Source: Gammaproteobacteria bacterium (GTDB taxonomy: Bacteria; Pseudomonadota; Gammaproteobacteria; JBCCGL01). From it: 64,000 nucleotides of DNA. Position numbers and translations under genes: made by a program. Of the stretch, positions 17,777 to 28,284 are shown piece after piece; within the stretch, counting starts at the first letter, position 1; every line of letters begins with the position of its first letter. The stretch is taken from assembly GCA_965277715.1 (NCBI GenBank), contig OZ255836.1, positions 1,824,001-1,888,000 of the forward strand, in the 5' to 3' direction. The notes beneath the pieces were generated by a model. That model made no database searches and had not been told where the DNA came from. It was given only the letters and a program-made list of their open reading frames with translations.

Positions 17777-19924
17777 ATGATTCAAATAGCTCCCGGTTTA
17801 TCTTCGTATCCCAAATATTGGGCTGAGTGCTATGGCACTGCGCCTTTTTTACCGATGTCGCGTGCCGAGATGGATACACTTGGCTGGGACAGTTGCGACA
17901 TTATTATCGTCACCGGTGATGCCTATGTTGACCACCCCAGCTTTGGCATGGCAGTGATTGGCCGTTGTCTGGAGGCACAGGGGTTTCGCGTTGGCATCAT
18001 CGCGCAACCCGACTGGAACGACCCGGAGGCATTTCGCGTACTCGGTGCACCCAATTTATACTTTGGTATCACAGCGGGTAACATGGATTCGCTAATCAAC
18101 CGCTACACAGCCGATTTGCGCCTGCGTAGTGATGATGCCTATACCCCAGGCGATGTCGCTGGTAAGCGCCCGGATCGCGCTGTTATTGTCTATAGCCAGA
18201 AGTGTCGTGCCGCCTACAAAACGGTGCCGATTGTTATTGGTGGGATTGAGGCCAGCTTGCGCCGTATCGCACAATATGACTACTGGAGTGATAAGGTAAG
18301 ACGGTCAGTGCTGGTCGACTCGGCGGCCGATATCCTGCTGTATGGTAACGCCGAGCGGGCGATTGCGGACATTTCCTGGCAACTCGCCAATGGCCGCAGT
18401 GTTGATCAATTACAGGGGATTCGCGGTACCGTGCTGGTAAAAGATACACCACCGGCAGGCTGGACTGAGATTGACTCCACCCGCATCGACTGGCCCGGTA
18501 ATATCGATCATATTGCCAATCCTTATACGTATGATCATAACCAGGGCAGTGGTTGCAATAACACCGGCGCGGATGCCGCGCCTGATGTAAACCAAGCGCT
18601 AACTGACGCGGCACCGACCAGCCTGGCCACAGTCAAAGCGGTGCCGATACGCATTATCCCCGAGCCGTTAAAGGCGCGGCAAAAGCTCGACAATGCCCGC
18701 ACCTATATCCGCCTGCCCTCGTATGAAAAAGTCAGCAGAGATCCGGCGCTATATGCCCATGCCTCACGGGTGTTACATGTCGAATCCAACCCGCACAACG
18801 CACGCACCCTGGTTCAAAAACACGGTGACAAGGAGATATGGGTCAACCCACCTCCGATTCCACTGAGCACCCCGGAAATGGATGGCATTTTTGATCTGCC
18901 TTACCAGCGCAGACCCCACCCGGCATACGGTGAAGCAAAAATCCCGGCTTACGACATGATTCGGTTTTCAGTCAATATCATGCGCGGCTGTTTTGGTGGG
19001 TGCACTTTCTGTTCGATTACCGAGCACGAGGGGCGGGTTATCCAAAGCCGTTCACAGGCATCGGTGATCCGTGAAATCGAAGATATCCGCGATAAAGTCC
19101 CCGGTTTTACCGGCACCATCTCCGATCTCGGTGGGCCAACAGCGAATATGTACCACCTCAATTGCAAGAGTGAGGAAATTCAATCCAATTGCCGTCGACT
19201 GTCCTGCGTATACCCGACGATCTGTAAAAACCTGAAAACCGACCACACGCAAACTACTGAGCTATACCGCAAATCACGCAAAGTCGAGGGAGTGAAACGC
19301 GTGGCGATTGCATCGGGCCTGCGTTATGACCTGGCGATCGAAGACCCCGAATACGTCAAGGAGTTAGTCACCCACCACGTTGGCGGCTACTTGAAAATAG
19401 CCCCCGAGCACAGCGAGGAAAATACCCTGGCGAAGATGATGAAACCGGGCATGGGAACCTATTATAGATTCAAGAAAATGTTCGATAAATTTTCCAAACA
19501 GGCGGGTAAAAAACAATACCTGATTCCCTACTTTATTGCCGCCCACCCCGGTTGTGAAGACGAGGATATGCTCAACCTTGCGCTGTGGTTGAAGAAAAAT
19601 GACATGCGTGTCGATCAGGTACAAACGTTCTACCCCTCCCCCATGGCGCTGGCAACTGCCATGTACTATTCGGGGCGCGACCCGTTGAAGAAAGTGACGT
19701 ACAAATCAGCGAAGATGTTTATTGCAAAAGATATTACTCAGCGTCGCCTGCAGAAAGCACTTTTGCGCTACCACGATCAAAGCAACTGGCCTGCCCTGCG
19801 TGAAGCCCTGCATAAGATGCAGCGAACAGAGCTGATCGGTGACGGTGATCATCAATTGATCCCTGCCGCCCAACCTCTATTTTCCAGCGACCGTAAAACC
19901 AGAGGAAAGCGTGCGCGGCGATAG
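17777..19924 (+). CDS. ygiQ: YgiQ family radical SAM protein
   Basis: [30 protein letters not shown] (CxxxCxxC) and [10 protein letters not shown]. Confidence 0.93.
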   Translation: MIQIAPGLSSYPKYWAECYGTAPFLPMSRAEMDTLGWDSCDIIIVTGDAYVDHPSFGMAVIGRCLEAQGFRVGIIAQPDWNDPEAFRVLGAPNLYFGITAGNMDSLINRYTADLRLRSDDAYTPGDVAGKRPDRAVIVYSQKCRAAYKTVPIVIGGIEASLRRIAQYDYWSDKVRRSVLVDSAADILLYGNAERAIADISWQLANGRSVDQLQGIRGTVLVKDTPPAGWTEIDSTRIDWPGNIDHIANPYTYDHNQGSGCNNTGADAAPDVNQALTDAAPTSLATVKAVPIRIIPEPLKARQKLDNARTYIRLPSYEKVSRDPALYAHASRVLHVESNPHNARTLVQKHGDKEIWVNPPPIPLSTPEMDGIFDLPYQRRPHPAYGEAKIPAYDMIRFSVNIMRGCFGGCTFCSITEHEGRVIQSRSQASVIREIEDIRDKVPGFTGTISDLGGPTANMYHLNCKSEEIQSNCRRLSCVYPTICKNLKTDHTQTTELYRKSRKVEGVKRVAIASGLRYDLAIEDPEYVKELVTHHVGGYLKIAPEHSEENTLAKMMKPGMGTYYRFKKMFDKFSKQAGKKQYLIPYFIAAHPGCEDEDMLNLALWLKKNDMRVDQVQTFYPSPMALATAMYYSGRDPLKKVTYKSAKMFIAKDITQRRLQKALLRYHDQSNWPALREALHKMQRTELIGDGDHQLIPAAQPLFSSDRKTRGKRARR

Positions 19925-20119
19925 TGTGTCAAAGAAATTACATGCTTCAGTGGTTGTGTGATGGTTTAGGTTTTGTTTGTGGCAAAATACTGCCATAAAA
20001 AAACAATACCTGCTTACCGCCACTTTGCCCGTTTGTGAACGAGTAGGGGTTTACAAACGATTGAAAACTATAACCGCCTATTTATGGGGTTTTCTAATGC
20101 CCACTGTAATCCCTGTACC

Positions 20120-20449
20120 TGTGGATAAACTGTCTGTCAAGCCATCGTTACGACGATATAGAGGGTGTACCACGCTGTTCTTATGCACACGCGGCTCGCG
20201 TGTATAAAAAAAACCCTGTTTTTTTTGATAAAGGGTATTGACAAAATTATTAAAAACTTAACCTATTGATAATATTGAAATTAATAGTTTTGTTCAAAAA
20301 ATGACCAGTCTAAAGGTAACCCCCACTCGACGGGGCTTAGAGGCGACTTTCTCCGGCTACCCACAGAGTTATCCACAATAATTGTGGATAATCATTTTTT
20401 TCGCTCAACAGACCAATTAGTACCATTTTCCCGAATAGGCTCATTCACA
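20120..20449. promoter_or_regulatory. DnaA-box cluster (DARS/datA/oriC-like)
   Basis: TGTGGATAA at 20120, TTATGCACA at 20181, CTACCCACA at 20357, TTATCCACA at 20369, TGTGGATAA at 20383 and TCATTCACA at 20441; AT-rich stretch at about 20205-20300. Confidence 0.75.
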
Positions 20450-20506
20450 GGTTTTAACTGGCAGTTGCCTTCGAACAGCGGCGCTATGCCGTGATAAAGT
20501 CACTGT

Positions 20507-22786
20507 ATGGATAACCCCATCCCCATTTTATGCATCGCTATACCGACGCCACTGTCGCGTAGCTTTGATTATCTGCTCAGTGCGCACGATTTTGCCACGC
20601 GACAACCCGATGAGTTGGTGGGGTGTCGTGCTGAAGTTTCGTTTGGCCGTAGCCACTGTATTGGTGTGGTTCTTGGGTGGCGGGAAAAAAGTACGGTGCC
20701 GCCTGGCAAATTGAAAACGGTAAAACGCATACTCGATACAACGCCCGTATTATCGGCCAATGTGTTGCGCTTGATTCACTGGGCCAGCCAGTATTACCAC
20801 TATCCGATCGGTGAAGTGGTGGCGGTGGCACTGCCCAACGCGTTGCGAAGAAATAAACCCGCCAAGGAGAAGTCGGCCAAATCGATACCGGCCGCCTGGA
20901 AACTAAGCAAGGCAGGCCAGTCGCTGCCGATAGATACCCTGAATAGTGTGCTGGGTAATGCTCCCCTACAACAAAAAATATTCGAGGCATTGCGCCACAC
21001 CCCTTACACAGACCGCGCACACCTTGCCAGCCTGGGCAGTAGCTGGCGAAACAGTGTAAAACGCCTGTGCCAGGCGGGCTGGGTAGAGCCTTGCGAGGCT
21101 AGCGAAGAGGCGGTGCTTAATTCACCCGAAATAGTACCGGATCCAGGTGCTAATCATCGCGCCATACCCGTATTGAATGAAGCGCAACAAACGGCGCTGA
21201 AACGCTTACAACAATCGGGCGATCACTACACACCTTACCTGCTGGATGGCGTGACCGGCAGCGGTAAAACAGAAATCTATCTGCGCTATAGCGCCCAGAA
21301 AATAACAGAGGGGCGGCAAGTCCTGGTCATCGTGCCGGAAATTGGCCTGACCCCGCAATTGGTGAGCCGCTTCAAATCGCGCTTTGGCAGTGCCGTCGTC
21401 GCATTACACTCGGGCTTGAACGACACCGAGCGGTTGCGCAACTGGCGATTGGCTGCCAATGGCGGGGCAGCGGTGGTAATCGGCACACGCTCAAGCGTCT
21501 TTGTTGCGTTTGATTCATTGGGCCTGATCATCATCGACGAAGAGCACGATGGGTCGCTGAAACAGCAGGATGGGTTTCGCTATCACGCCCGTGACCTGGC
21601 CTTGGTGCGGGCGCGTGATGAAGATATTCCAGTGATATTGGGCAGTGCTACACCATCATTGGAAACCCTGCACAATGCACAGACGGGAAAATACCAACAC
21701 CTGCTGTTAACACAGCGTGCCGGTAAGGCCAGTGCGCCCACCATCAGCCTGCTAGATGTGCGCCGCGCACCGCTGAATGAGGGTTTATCTGCGCCATTGA
21801 TCAAACAGATGCAAGTGCACCTCGACCGTGGCAACCAGGTGATGCTGTTTTTAAACCGTCGCGGTTATGCCCCGGTGATGTTGTGTGATGATTGCAGCCG
21901 CACACTCGATTGCCTGCGTTGTGATGCCCACATGACCGTGCACATTGGCAATAAACGTCTGCGTTGCCATCACTGCGGTGCCGAGCGACCGGTGCCATCC
22001 GTATGCGGTCATTGTGGGGCGCGTGCACTGGTAATGGCAGGGCAAGGCACCGAACGGGTCGATTACGCTTTGCGCGCTGTGTTTCCCCATCGATCGATTG
22101 TGCGTATTGATCGCGATACCACACGCCGCAAGGGTGCCCTGCAAAACCATCTGGACATGGTGAACAGCGGTGAGGCAAATATTCTTATCGGCACCCAAAT
22201 GCTGGCCAAGGGTCACCATTTTCCCGGTGTGACAATGGTGGCAATGCTGGATGTTGACCGTGGCTTTTTTGGGGTGGATTTTCGCGCTGCCGAGCAAATG
22301 GCACAAACCATTGTGCAGGTGGCGGGCCGTGCCGGACGGGTGGCACAGGCAGGTGAGGTGCTGATACAGACCAGCAAGCCAGATAACCCGTTATTTCAAA
22401 CCCTTATTCATCAGGGTTACACCGCCTTTGCCAAAACCTTGCTAACAGAGCGGCAGGTAGTCGGTTTACCTCCCTACCAGTGCCTCGCTTTATTGCGCGC
22501 TGAAGCCTCGGCTGAAAGCAGTGCACTGCACTTTCTGCGCACAATGAAGCAGTGGATCGCGCAACATGATCACCCACAAAGACAGGTGCCAGTGCAGGTG
22601 CTGGGTCCTGCGGCTGCCCCCATCGAACGGGTTGCCGGTCGCTACCGTGCACAATTGTTACTGTCCTCCCCGTCGCGCAAGTCACTGCACAACCTGCTGG
22701 CCGTGTTGCGACCGGCACTGGAGACCCTGCCAGAAAGCCGCAAGGTGCGTTGGTCACTGGATATTGATCCAATCGATTTGATGTGA
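20507..22786 (+). CDS. priA: Primosomal protein N'
   Basis: GVTGSGKTE, DEEHD, Cys-rich Zn motifs, GTQMLAKGHHFP and QVAGRAGR. Confidence 0.97.
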   Translation: MDNPIPILCIAIPTPLSRSFDYLLSAHDFATRQPDELVGCRAEVSFGRSHCIGVVLGWREKSTVPPGKLKTVKRILDTTPVLSANVLRLIHWASQYYHYPIGEVVAVALPNALRRNKPAKEKSAKSIPAAWKLSKAGQSLPIDTLNSVLGNAPLQQKIFEALRHTPYTDRAHLASLGSSWRNSVKRLCQAGWVEPCEASEEAVLNSPEIVPDPGANHRAIPVLNEAQQTALKRLQQSGDHYTPYLLDGVTGSGKTEIYLRYSAQKITEGRQVLVIVPEIGLTPQLVSRFKSRFGSAVVALHSGLNDTERLRNWRLAANGGAAVVIGTRSSVFVAFDSLGLIIIDEEHDGSLKQQDGFRYHARDLALVRARDEDIPVILGSATPSLETLHNAQTGKYQHLLLTQRAGKASAPTISLLDVRRAPLNEGLSAPLIKQMQVHLDRGNQVMLFLNRRGYAPVMLCDDCSRTLDCLRCDAHMTVHIGNKRLRCHHCGAERPVPSVCGHCGARALVMAGQGTERVDYALRAVFPHRSIVRIDRDTTRRKGALQNHLDMVNSGEANILIGTQMLAKGHHFPGVTMVAMLDVDRGFFGVDFRAAEQMAQTIVQVAGRAGRVAQAGEVLIQTSKPDNPLFQTLIHQGYTAFAKTLLTERQVVGLPPYQCLALLRAEASAESSALHFLRTMKQWIAQHDHPQRQVPVQVLGPAAAPIERVAGRYRAQLLLSSPSRKSLHNLLAVLRPALETLPESRKVRWSLDIDPIDLM

Positions 22787-22804
22787 AAATGACGATAAAC
22801 AATA

Positions 22805-22820
22805 TGGTAAAATTCCGCGC
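22805..22820 (+). promoter_or_regulatory. Putative extended -10 promoter of argS
   Basis: TGgTAAAAT followed by a GC-rich discriminator (TCCGCGC). Confidence 0.4.
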
Positions 22821-22927
22821 TTTTTAGTGGCACTTGTGACGAAAGTGGCGGAAAGCTACTGCACCCGCAACGTTTTTCGACACCCTCTTAACACTATTGA
22901 GGGCCACACTGTACTGGAATCCTTAAC

Positions 22928-24700
22928 GTGAAATCCCGACTGGAATCGCTGATTAACACCGCTGTGCAAACACTGATTGCCGACGGTACTTTGCCGGGCG
23001 ATGTATCGCCAAATATCCAGATTACGCGCAGCAAAGGCCTGGAACACGGTGACTTTGCCAGCAATATCGCCCTGATACTCGCCAAGCCAGCTAAAACAAG
23101 CCCACGTATACTCGCCGAAAAACTGGTTGACGCAATAACCACTGCCCCGGCTGCCGACAGTGACATTTCCAAAGTGGAAATCGCAGGCCCGGGGTTTATC
23201 AATTTTTTTGTAGTCACTGACAGCGCCGCTTCAGTCGTCGGTGATATTCTCACTGCCGGTGAACACTACGGCCGCAGTGCGTTGGGCCAGGGTCGCAGCA
23301 TACAAGTGGAGTTCGTCTCGGCTAACCCGACCGGGCCACTGCACGTCGGTCACGGTCGCGGCGCGGCCTATGGTGCAACCCTGGCCAACTTACTGGAGGC
23401 AGTCGGTTATCAGGTACACCGAGAATACTACGTCAACGACGCAGGTCGGCAAATGGATATTCTTGCCACCTCCGTATGGCTGCGCTACCTGCAAACCCTG
23501 GGGGAGCCGCTCAACTTTCCGGTAAATGGTTACAAGGGTGACTACATCTACGACATCGCCAAACAGATTCAGGCCGATGAAGGTGAACGCCTGCGTTACA
23601 GCGTGGCCGCCGTATATGCCGATACCCCGCCCGATGAAAACGACGGTGGTAATAAAGAAACACATATCGATGCACTGATCGCCCGTGCCAAAGCACTATT
23701 AGGTGATGCCGGTTACCGACGCGTGTTTGACTGCGCACTGCACGCCATCCTCGACGACATACGCGATGACCTCGAACAGTTTGGTGCAAAAATCGACCGC
23801 TTCTTTAGCGAGCGCAGCATGGTGGATAGTGGCGAAGTGGAACACGCGCTTAACACCCTAAACGATGCGGGTTACCTCTATGAAAAAGACCAGGCACTGT
23901 GGTTCCGCTCCAGTGATTTTGGCGATGAGAAAGACCGTGTAGTCAAGCGCAACAATGGGCAAACCACCTACTTCAGTTCAGACATTGCCTATGTACTGAA
24001 TAAACTCAAGCGCGGCTTTGAAACCGCCATTTACGTATGGGGCGCTGACCACCACGGTTACGTAGCACGCCTCAAAGCCGTTGTCAGTGCACTGGGCGAA
24101 CAGCCTGAGCGCGTTGAAATTCCACTGGTACAGTTTGCGGTGTTGTATAAAAACCAGCAAAAAATACAAATGTCGACCCGCTCAGGTAAATTCGTCACCC
24201 TGCGGCAACTTTGTGAGGATGTGGGGTCTGACGCGGCCCGCTTTTTCTACGTCATGCGTCGCTGCGAACAGCATCTGGATTTTGACCTTGATCTGGCTGT
24301 GTCCAAATCCAATGAAAACCCCATGTACTACATTCAATACGCTCATGCGCGCATTTGCAGCGTACTGCGACAGCTCGCGCAAAAGGGGTGGTCACTGGAC
24401 AACGACAACGGCTTGGTACAGCAACCCTTGCTACAGAGTGAACAAGCGCAAAAAATCATACTTGGCTTACAGCGGTTTCCCGAAGTAGTGGAAAAAGCCG
24501 CGATGCAGCGTGAACCCCACCAGGTGACTAACTACCTGCGTGAAATAGCCACGGCATTTCACGCCTGGTATAACGCTGAACAATTTATTATCGAGGACAA
24601 AGACTTACGTGATGCCTGTTTGGTGCGCTGTCTGGCCGTGCGTCAGGTTATTGCCAATGGCCTCGGCATGATCGGTGTTTCCGCGCCAGAGTTCATGTAA
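22928..24700 (+). CDS. argS: Arginine--tRNA ligase
   Basis: SANPTGPLHVGHGR (HIGH), WGADHHGY, MSTRSG and YYIQYAHARI. Confidence 0.97.
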   Translation: MKSRLESLINTAVQTLIADGTLPGDVSPNIQITRSKGLEHGDFASNIALILAKPAKTSPRILAEKLVDAITTAPAADSDISKVEIAGPGFINFFVVTDSAASVVGDILTAGEHYGRSALGQGRSIQVEFVSANPTGPLHVGHGRGAAYGATLANLLEAVGYQVHREYYVNDAGRQMDILATSVWLRYLQTLGEPLNFPVNGYKGDYIYDIAKQIQADEGERLRYSVAAVYADTPPDENDGGNKETHIDALIARAKALLGDAGYRRVFDCALHAILDDIRDDLEQFGAKIDRFFSERSMVDSGEVEHALNTLNDAGYLYEKDQALWFRSSDFGDEKDRVVKRNNGQTTYFSSDIAYVLNKLKRGFETAIYVWGADHHGYVARLKAVVSALGEQPERVEIPLVQFAVLYKNQQKIQMSTRSGKFVTLRQLCEDVGSDAARFFYVMRRCEQHLDFDLDLAVSKSNENPMYYIQYAHARICSVLRQLAQKGWSLDNDNGLVQQPLLQSEQAQKIILGLQRFPEVVEKAAMQREPHQVTNYLREIATAFHAWYNAEQFIIEDKDLRDACLVRCLAVRQVIANGLGMIGVSAPEFM

Positions 24701-25299
24701 TGGCTGCCCGTCAAACTACACGTAGAAATACACGTAGAAATACACCGAAACAAAATACCGGGGCGTCTTCGTGGATGATGTTACTGGTGGGTGTCGGCCT
24801 GGGCCTGCTTATTGCGTGGTTGATCTATGCTTCTGTGCACGGTAATACAACCAAGCAAAAGACCCAGAAAAAACCTGTGGCCAGCGAGGAAAAACAACCC
24901 CCAGAGAATGCCCTACCACAATTCGACTTCTACAGCATTTTGCCTGAGCTGGAAGTGGTGATTCCCGAGCAGTTTACCGATAGCCTGCGTGAAGCATTGC
25001 CGAATCGTGGTGAAAATAAAACGGCACAGACCACAGCTAACGCTGCACAACCCGTTGAAAAACCGAGCAATACCTATTTTATACAAGCGGGATCATTTAA
25101 AAGCCCGCAGGATGCAGAGCGAATGAAAGTCAATCTTTTGTTACTGGGTATGGATGTCTATATTAACCCTGTCAGCGTTGAGGGTGTGAAGTACCACCGC
25201 GTGCGCATTGGGCCGTTGAAAGACTACGCTACGTTTGAGCAAGCGCGCAATCGTTTGAAAGAAAACAATATCCAGTATATGGTTTTGAAGGCGCGTTAA
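24700..25299 (+). CDS. SPOR-domain cell division protein (FtsN-like)
   Basis: One TM helix, FDFYSILPE, and C-terminal SPOR motif QAGSF...RVRIGP; canonical position after argS. Confidence 0.88.
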   Translation: MAARQTTRRNTRRNTPKQNTGASSWMMLLVGVGLGLLIAWLIYASVHGNTTKQKTQKKPVASEEKQPPENALPQFDFYSILPELEVVIPEQFTDSLREALPNRGENKTAQTTANAAQPVEKPSNTYFIQAGSFKSPQDAERMKVNLLLLGMDVYINPVSVEGVKYHRVRIGPLKDYATFEQARNRLKENNIQYMVLKAR

Positions 25300-25413
25300 T
25301 TTTACCTGTTTATTACACGCTCTTTTTTTAAAAGCAGCGTGAAATTAGCCTTAACGCTTGTGTAAAGCACGCATAGAAAAGAACGTTCCATACGTTCTTT
25401 TTTTTCCTCAATA

Positions 25414-25836
25414 GTGTGCAAAAAATGGCTCAAATCGGTGCTTCCCCCGCTACGGGCGCCTAAACTTTGCGCCTGGAAAACAGGGCTACCTAAAGCACTG
25501 GAACAACGACTACGCGAACTGGTAAACAACTCACAAACAGGTCAGCTCTTCGATCTAAGCCCCTACAATCACCGATATAAAACAAATACGATGGACGAGG
25601 GAAAAGTTACAAGCTTATTCAGACGATTCAAACGACGAGACCTGAATATATCCCCTCATCGGCTACGCCACTCATTTGCAACCAATTTTGCAAAAAATGG
25701 ACACATAAGACTACTGCAACATGCATTAGGGCATACCAGCTTGAAGACGACAATGATCTATATAACGCCAGATATAAGCGATCTAACTGCGCATATGGAT
25801 CAGCTTGAAGTGCCGTTTTTGTTGAAAAAAGTTTGA
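25414..25836 (+). pseudogene. Truncated tyrosine recombinase/integrase (C-terminal catalytic part only)
   Basis: SPHRLRHSFAT (HxxR), LQHALGHTSLKTTMIY (catalytic H and Y). The N-terminal domain and first Arg box are absent; AT-rich; next to the tRNA-Lys 3' end. Confidence 0.75.
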
Positions 25837-25892
25837 TAAATCAGATAAATTTATCTATCCTGAAGATGGATAGTAGAGAATCCCATATAAAA

Positions 25893-25924
25893 CTAAGGCC
25901 CGCATTCGCGGTGCAGGCCTTAGA
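25893..25924. terminator. Hairpin between the integrase remnant and the tRNA operon
   Basis: CTAAGGCC...GGCCTTAG inverted repeat, followed by TTTT on the minus strand (the direction of tRNA transcription). Confidence 0.5.
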
Positions 25925-26017
25925 AAGAGGGGACTTACCTTCCTCACAACATTAATGAGACTTGATCGAAATTCGACCAAACTATATGCTTATAATCCAT
26001 TGATTTATAAGCAAAAA

Positions 26018-26093
<76 letters not shown>

Positions 26094-26127
26094 TTTGTAC
26101 TATGCAATAGCATCCGCTGCAATAAAG

Positions 26128-26204
26128 TGGGGTGGACGATGGGGCTCGAACCCACGACCACTGGAATCACAATCCAGGGCTCTACCAACTGAGCTACGCC
26201 CACC
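26128..26204 (-). tRNA. tRNA-His(GTG)
   Basis: GGTGGGCGTAGCTCAG...TTGTGAT...GGTTCGAGCCCC...CCA, including the G-1 base. Confidence 0.95.
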
Positions 26205-26351
26205 ACTGATATAAGAAATGATTTACCTGTAAGCAGATACATTTAAATCGGTTCTACGCAACACGCCGATCAAAACTGTTTCCAACGAATTATCGAACCG
26301 ACAGACCGAACCAAGATCACCAGCCCTACCACCTTAAAGCCAACGGTAAGA

Positions 26352-26428
26352 TGGCGCGCCCGGCAGGATTCGAACCTGCTACCCTCGGCTTAGAAGGCCG
26401 ATGCTCTATCCAAATGAGCTACGAGCGC
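26352..26428 (-). tRNA. tRNA-Arg(TCT)
   Basis: GCGCTCGTAGCTCATTTGGATAGAGC...CTTCTAA...GGTTCGAATCC...CCA. Confidence 0.95.
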
Positions 26429-26467
26429 AGTCGTTTTGTATAAATACCTATTTCAATAAACGTAAGG

Positions 26468-26544
26468 TGGTCGGGGCAGAGAGATTCGAACTCCCGACCC
26501 TCTGCTCCCAAAGCAGATGCGCTACCAGGCTGCGCTATGCCCCG
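26468..26544 (-). tRNA. tRNA-Pro(TGG)
   Basis: CGGGGCATAGCGCAGCCTGGTAGCGC...TTTGGGA...AGTTCGAATC...CCA. Confidence 0.95.
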
Positions 26545-26703
26545 ATCTACTATTGTCTTTATATAGAATTTAACCTGCTATACAGGGGACGCGAGTTTAC
26601 GCCGGGGGTACACCAACGTCAATCAAAAAAACCCGATAATATTTAGCAAAACACTGCCCCAATCACCCCCCTATAGAGAGAGCGGAGACGGGCAGCCCTC
26701 TGG

Positions 26704-28116
26704 TCAAATCACCCGCGCAGTCTCCGCCGCCGCTTTAACCGAGCGAGAGGTACTGACGACCTGAGATTCCTGATAGGCCTCGTGGTTTTTCTCAATATTC
26801 TCCAGCCTATAGAGATAATTCACCATCAAACCGTGGGCATCGCGCAGGCCTTTTTCTGATATATCACCCAGCCAGTTGATACGCTCAATTAACGCACCGT
26901 TGGCCAAATGAAAATTGGCCACCGGGTCAATTACCCGGTCACGGTGTTTTTCATTAACCAGATAATGGGCGCAGAGGCGCGTCATGGGTGCCTCCAGAGC
27001 ATCACACAGCGCCGTGTCCTGGTGCCAGTTACCGGTGCTGAGCAGATCCGATAAAGAGGTTTCTGCCAGATACTGTTGCAATGCCTTCTTTTCCACATCA
27101 AGCAGCAATGATTCACCGTTTTCACTCAACTGTAACTGCAGCCAACGGGCAAAACCTGGGATGGGTGACAGTGTGGAGAATGTATCCAGATGTGGCAGTT
27201 TGCGCAGTAGCTGGTCGACCACGCGTTTAATTAAGAAATTACCCAGGCTAACCCGCTGCAAGCCCGTTTGCGTATTCGATATAGAATAAAAAATGGCCGT
27301 CGAAACACTATTGGGATCGCGACGCTCCGCCGCTATATCGAGCAGTTCGGTGACGTTATCTGACAAACTGGGCACCAGTGCAACCCAGACAAAAATCAAC
27401 GGCTCATCCGGCATGCGCGGATGAAAAAAGGCAAAACAGCGCCGGTCGTCCTGCAGGCGGTTTTTTAAGTCTCGCCACGAATCAATTTTGTGCACCGCCT
27501 CGTAGTGGATCAACTTTTCCAACAACGCCGCAGGCGCATCCCAGGTAATGCGTCGCAGCTCCAGAAAACCAATATCAAACCATACCGACAGGCGTTCACG
27601 CAGCACTTCATCCATCATCTCCAGGTGTACATCACCGCGTTTGCAGGCCAGCAGATCGGCACGCAAGTCGACTAAAAACTTTACCCCTTGCGGCAGTGCA
27701 TTAAACTGCGTCAATAACGTGAGATACGGTGGTGACAACTGGTTGCGCAGAGACTGCTCCAGTGCCAGTTTTTCTATCAGTGAACACTCCGAGCACAAAC
27801 CATCAGACAAACCTTTAATCGCACTGTGATCGACGCCAAAATTATGCGCCAATACCTGCAAAAACTGCTGCTTTCCCTCATCGCTCAAACCCAGATACAC
27901 CTCCCCCAATGCAGCCGCCCGGCTGCGCGCAGAGACTTCACCGCCCCGTCCCTCTAAGCATTCGCGAATTTTCTTCAATAGCAAACCATGTTCAGATGCA
28001 GGTAAGTGCTGACTAAAGGTCAACGCCTCACTGTCACGGCGCATAGAGGCGATTCCCCTCCATGCGGTGCGAATATTGGAAAGTGTCCGATCAAACAGCG
28101 TGTTATTGGTACTCAT
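26704..28116 (-). CDS. Malonyl-CoA decarboxylase
   Basis: LEKLIHYEAVH, DRRCFAFFHP, FYSISN.Q.GL, TLSPIPGF, DPVANFHLANGA and GLMVNYLY. Confidence 0.93.
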   Translation of the reverse strand: MSTNNTLFDRTLSNIRTAWRGIASMRRDSEALTFSQHLPASEHGLLLKKIRECLEGRGGEVSARSRAAALGEVYLGLSDEGKQQFLQVLAHNFGVDHSAIKGLSDGLCSECSLIEKLALEQSLRNQLSPPYLTLLTQFNALPQGVKFLVDLRADLLACKRGDVHLEMMDEVLRERLSVWFDIGFLELRRITWDAPAALLEKLIHYEAVHKIDSWRDLKNRLQDDRRCFAFFHPRMPDEPLIFVWVALVPSLSDNVTELLDIAAERRDPNSVSTAIFYSISNTQTGLQRVSLGNFLIKRVVDQLLRKLPHLDTFSTLSPIPGFARWLQLQLSENGESLLLDVEKKALQQYLAETSLSDLLSTGNWHQDTALCDALEAPMTRLCAHYLVNEKHRDRVIDPVANFHLANGALIERINWLGDISEKGLRDAHGLMVNYLYRLENIEKNHEAYQESQVVSTSRSVKAAAETARVI

Positions 28117-28284
28117 AATATTTATTTACCAGATGATATTGATTAGTCCAACAAGCCTTGAGTGCAACCCACCCATCGCTTCTGACCACTTTTAAATACA
28201 ATTAGCATCAAAAAACCGTGCCATATGCACAGATTTTTCTATAATGCCGCCGCCACAGTGAAATACTACCGAGGGGGTTTTAGC

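Noticed and set aside
19977-20207. 76-aa ORF in the ygiQ-priA gap; oriC assignment for the gap
   Set aside because: The ORF overlaps DnaA boxes and has no motif. oriC cannot be supported without skew data or origin-linked genes.
24717-24745. 12-bp tandem duplication at the start of the SPOR gene
   Set aside because: In-frame, in a low-complexity basic cytoplasmic tail; probably inconsequential.
26401-26646. 81-aa ORF over the tRNA cluster
   Set aside because: It is the antisense translation of tRNA-Arg and tRNA-Pro.
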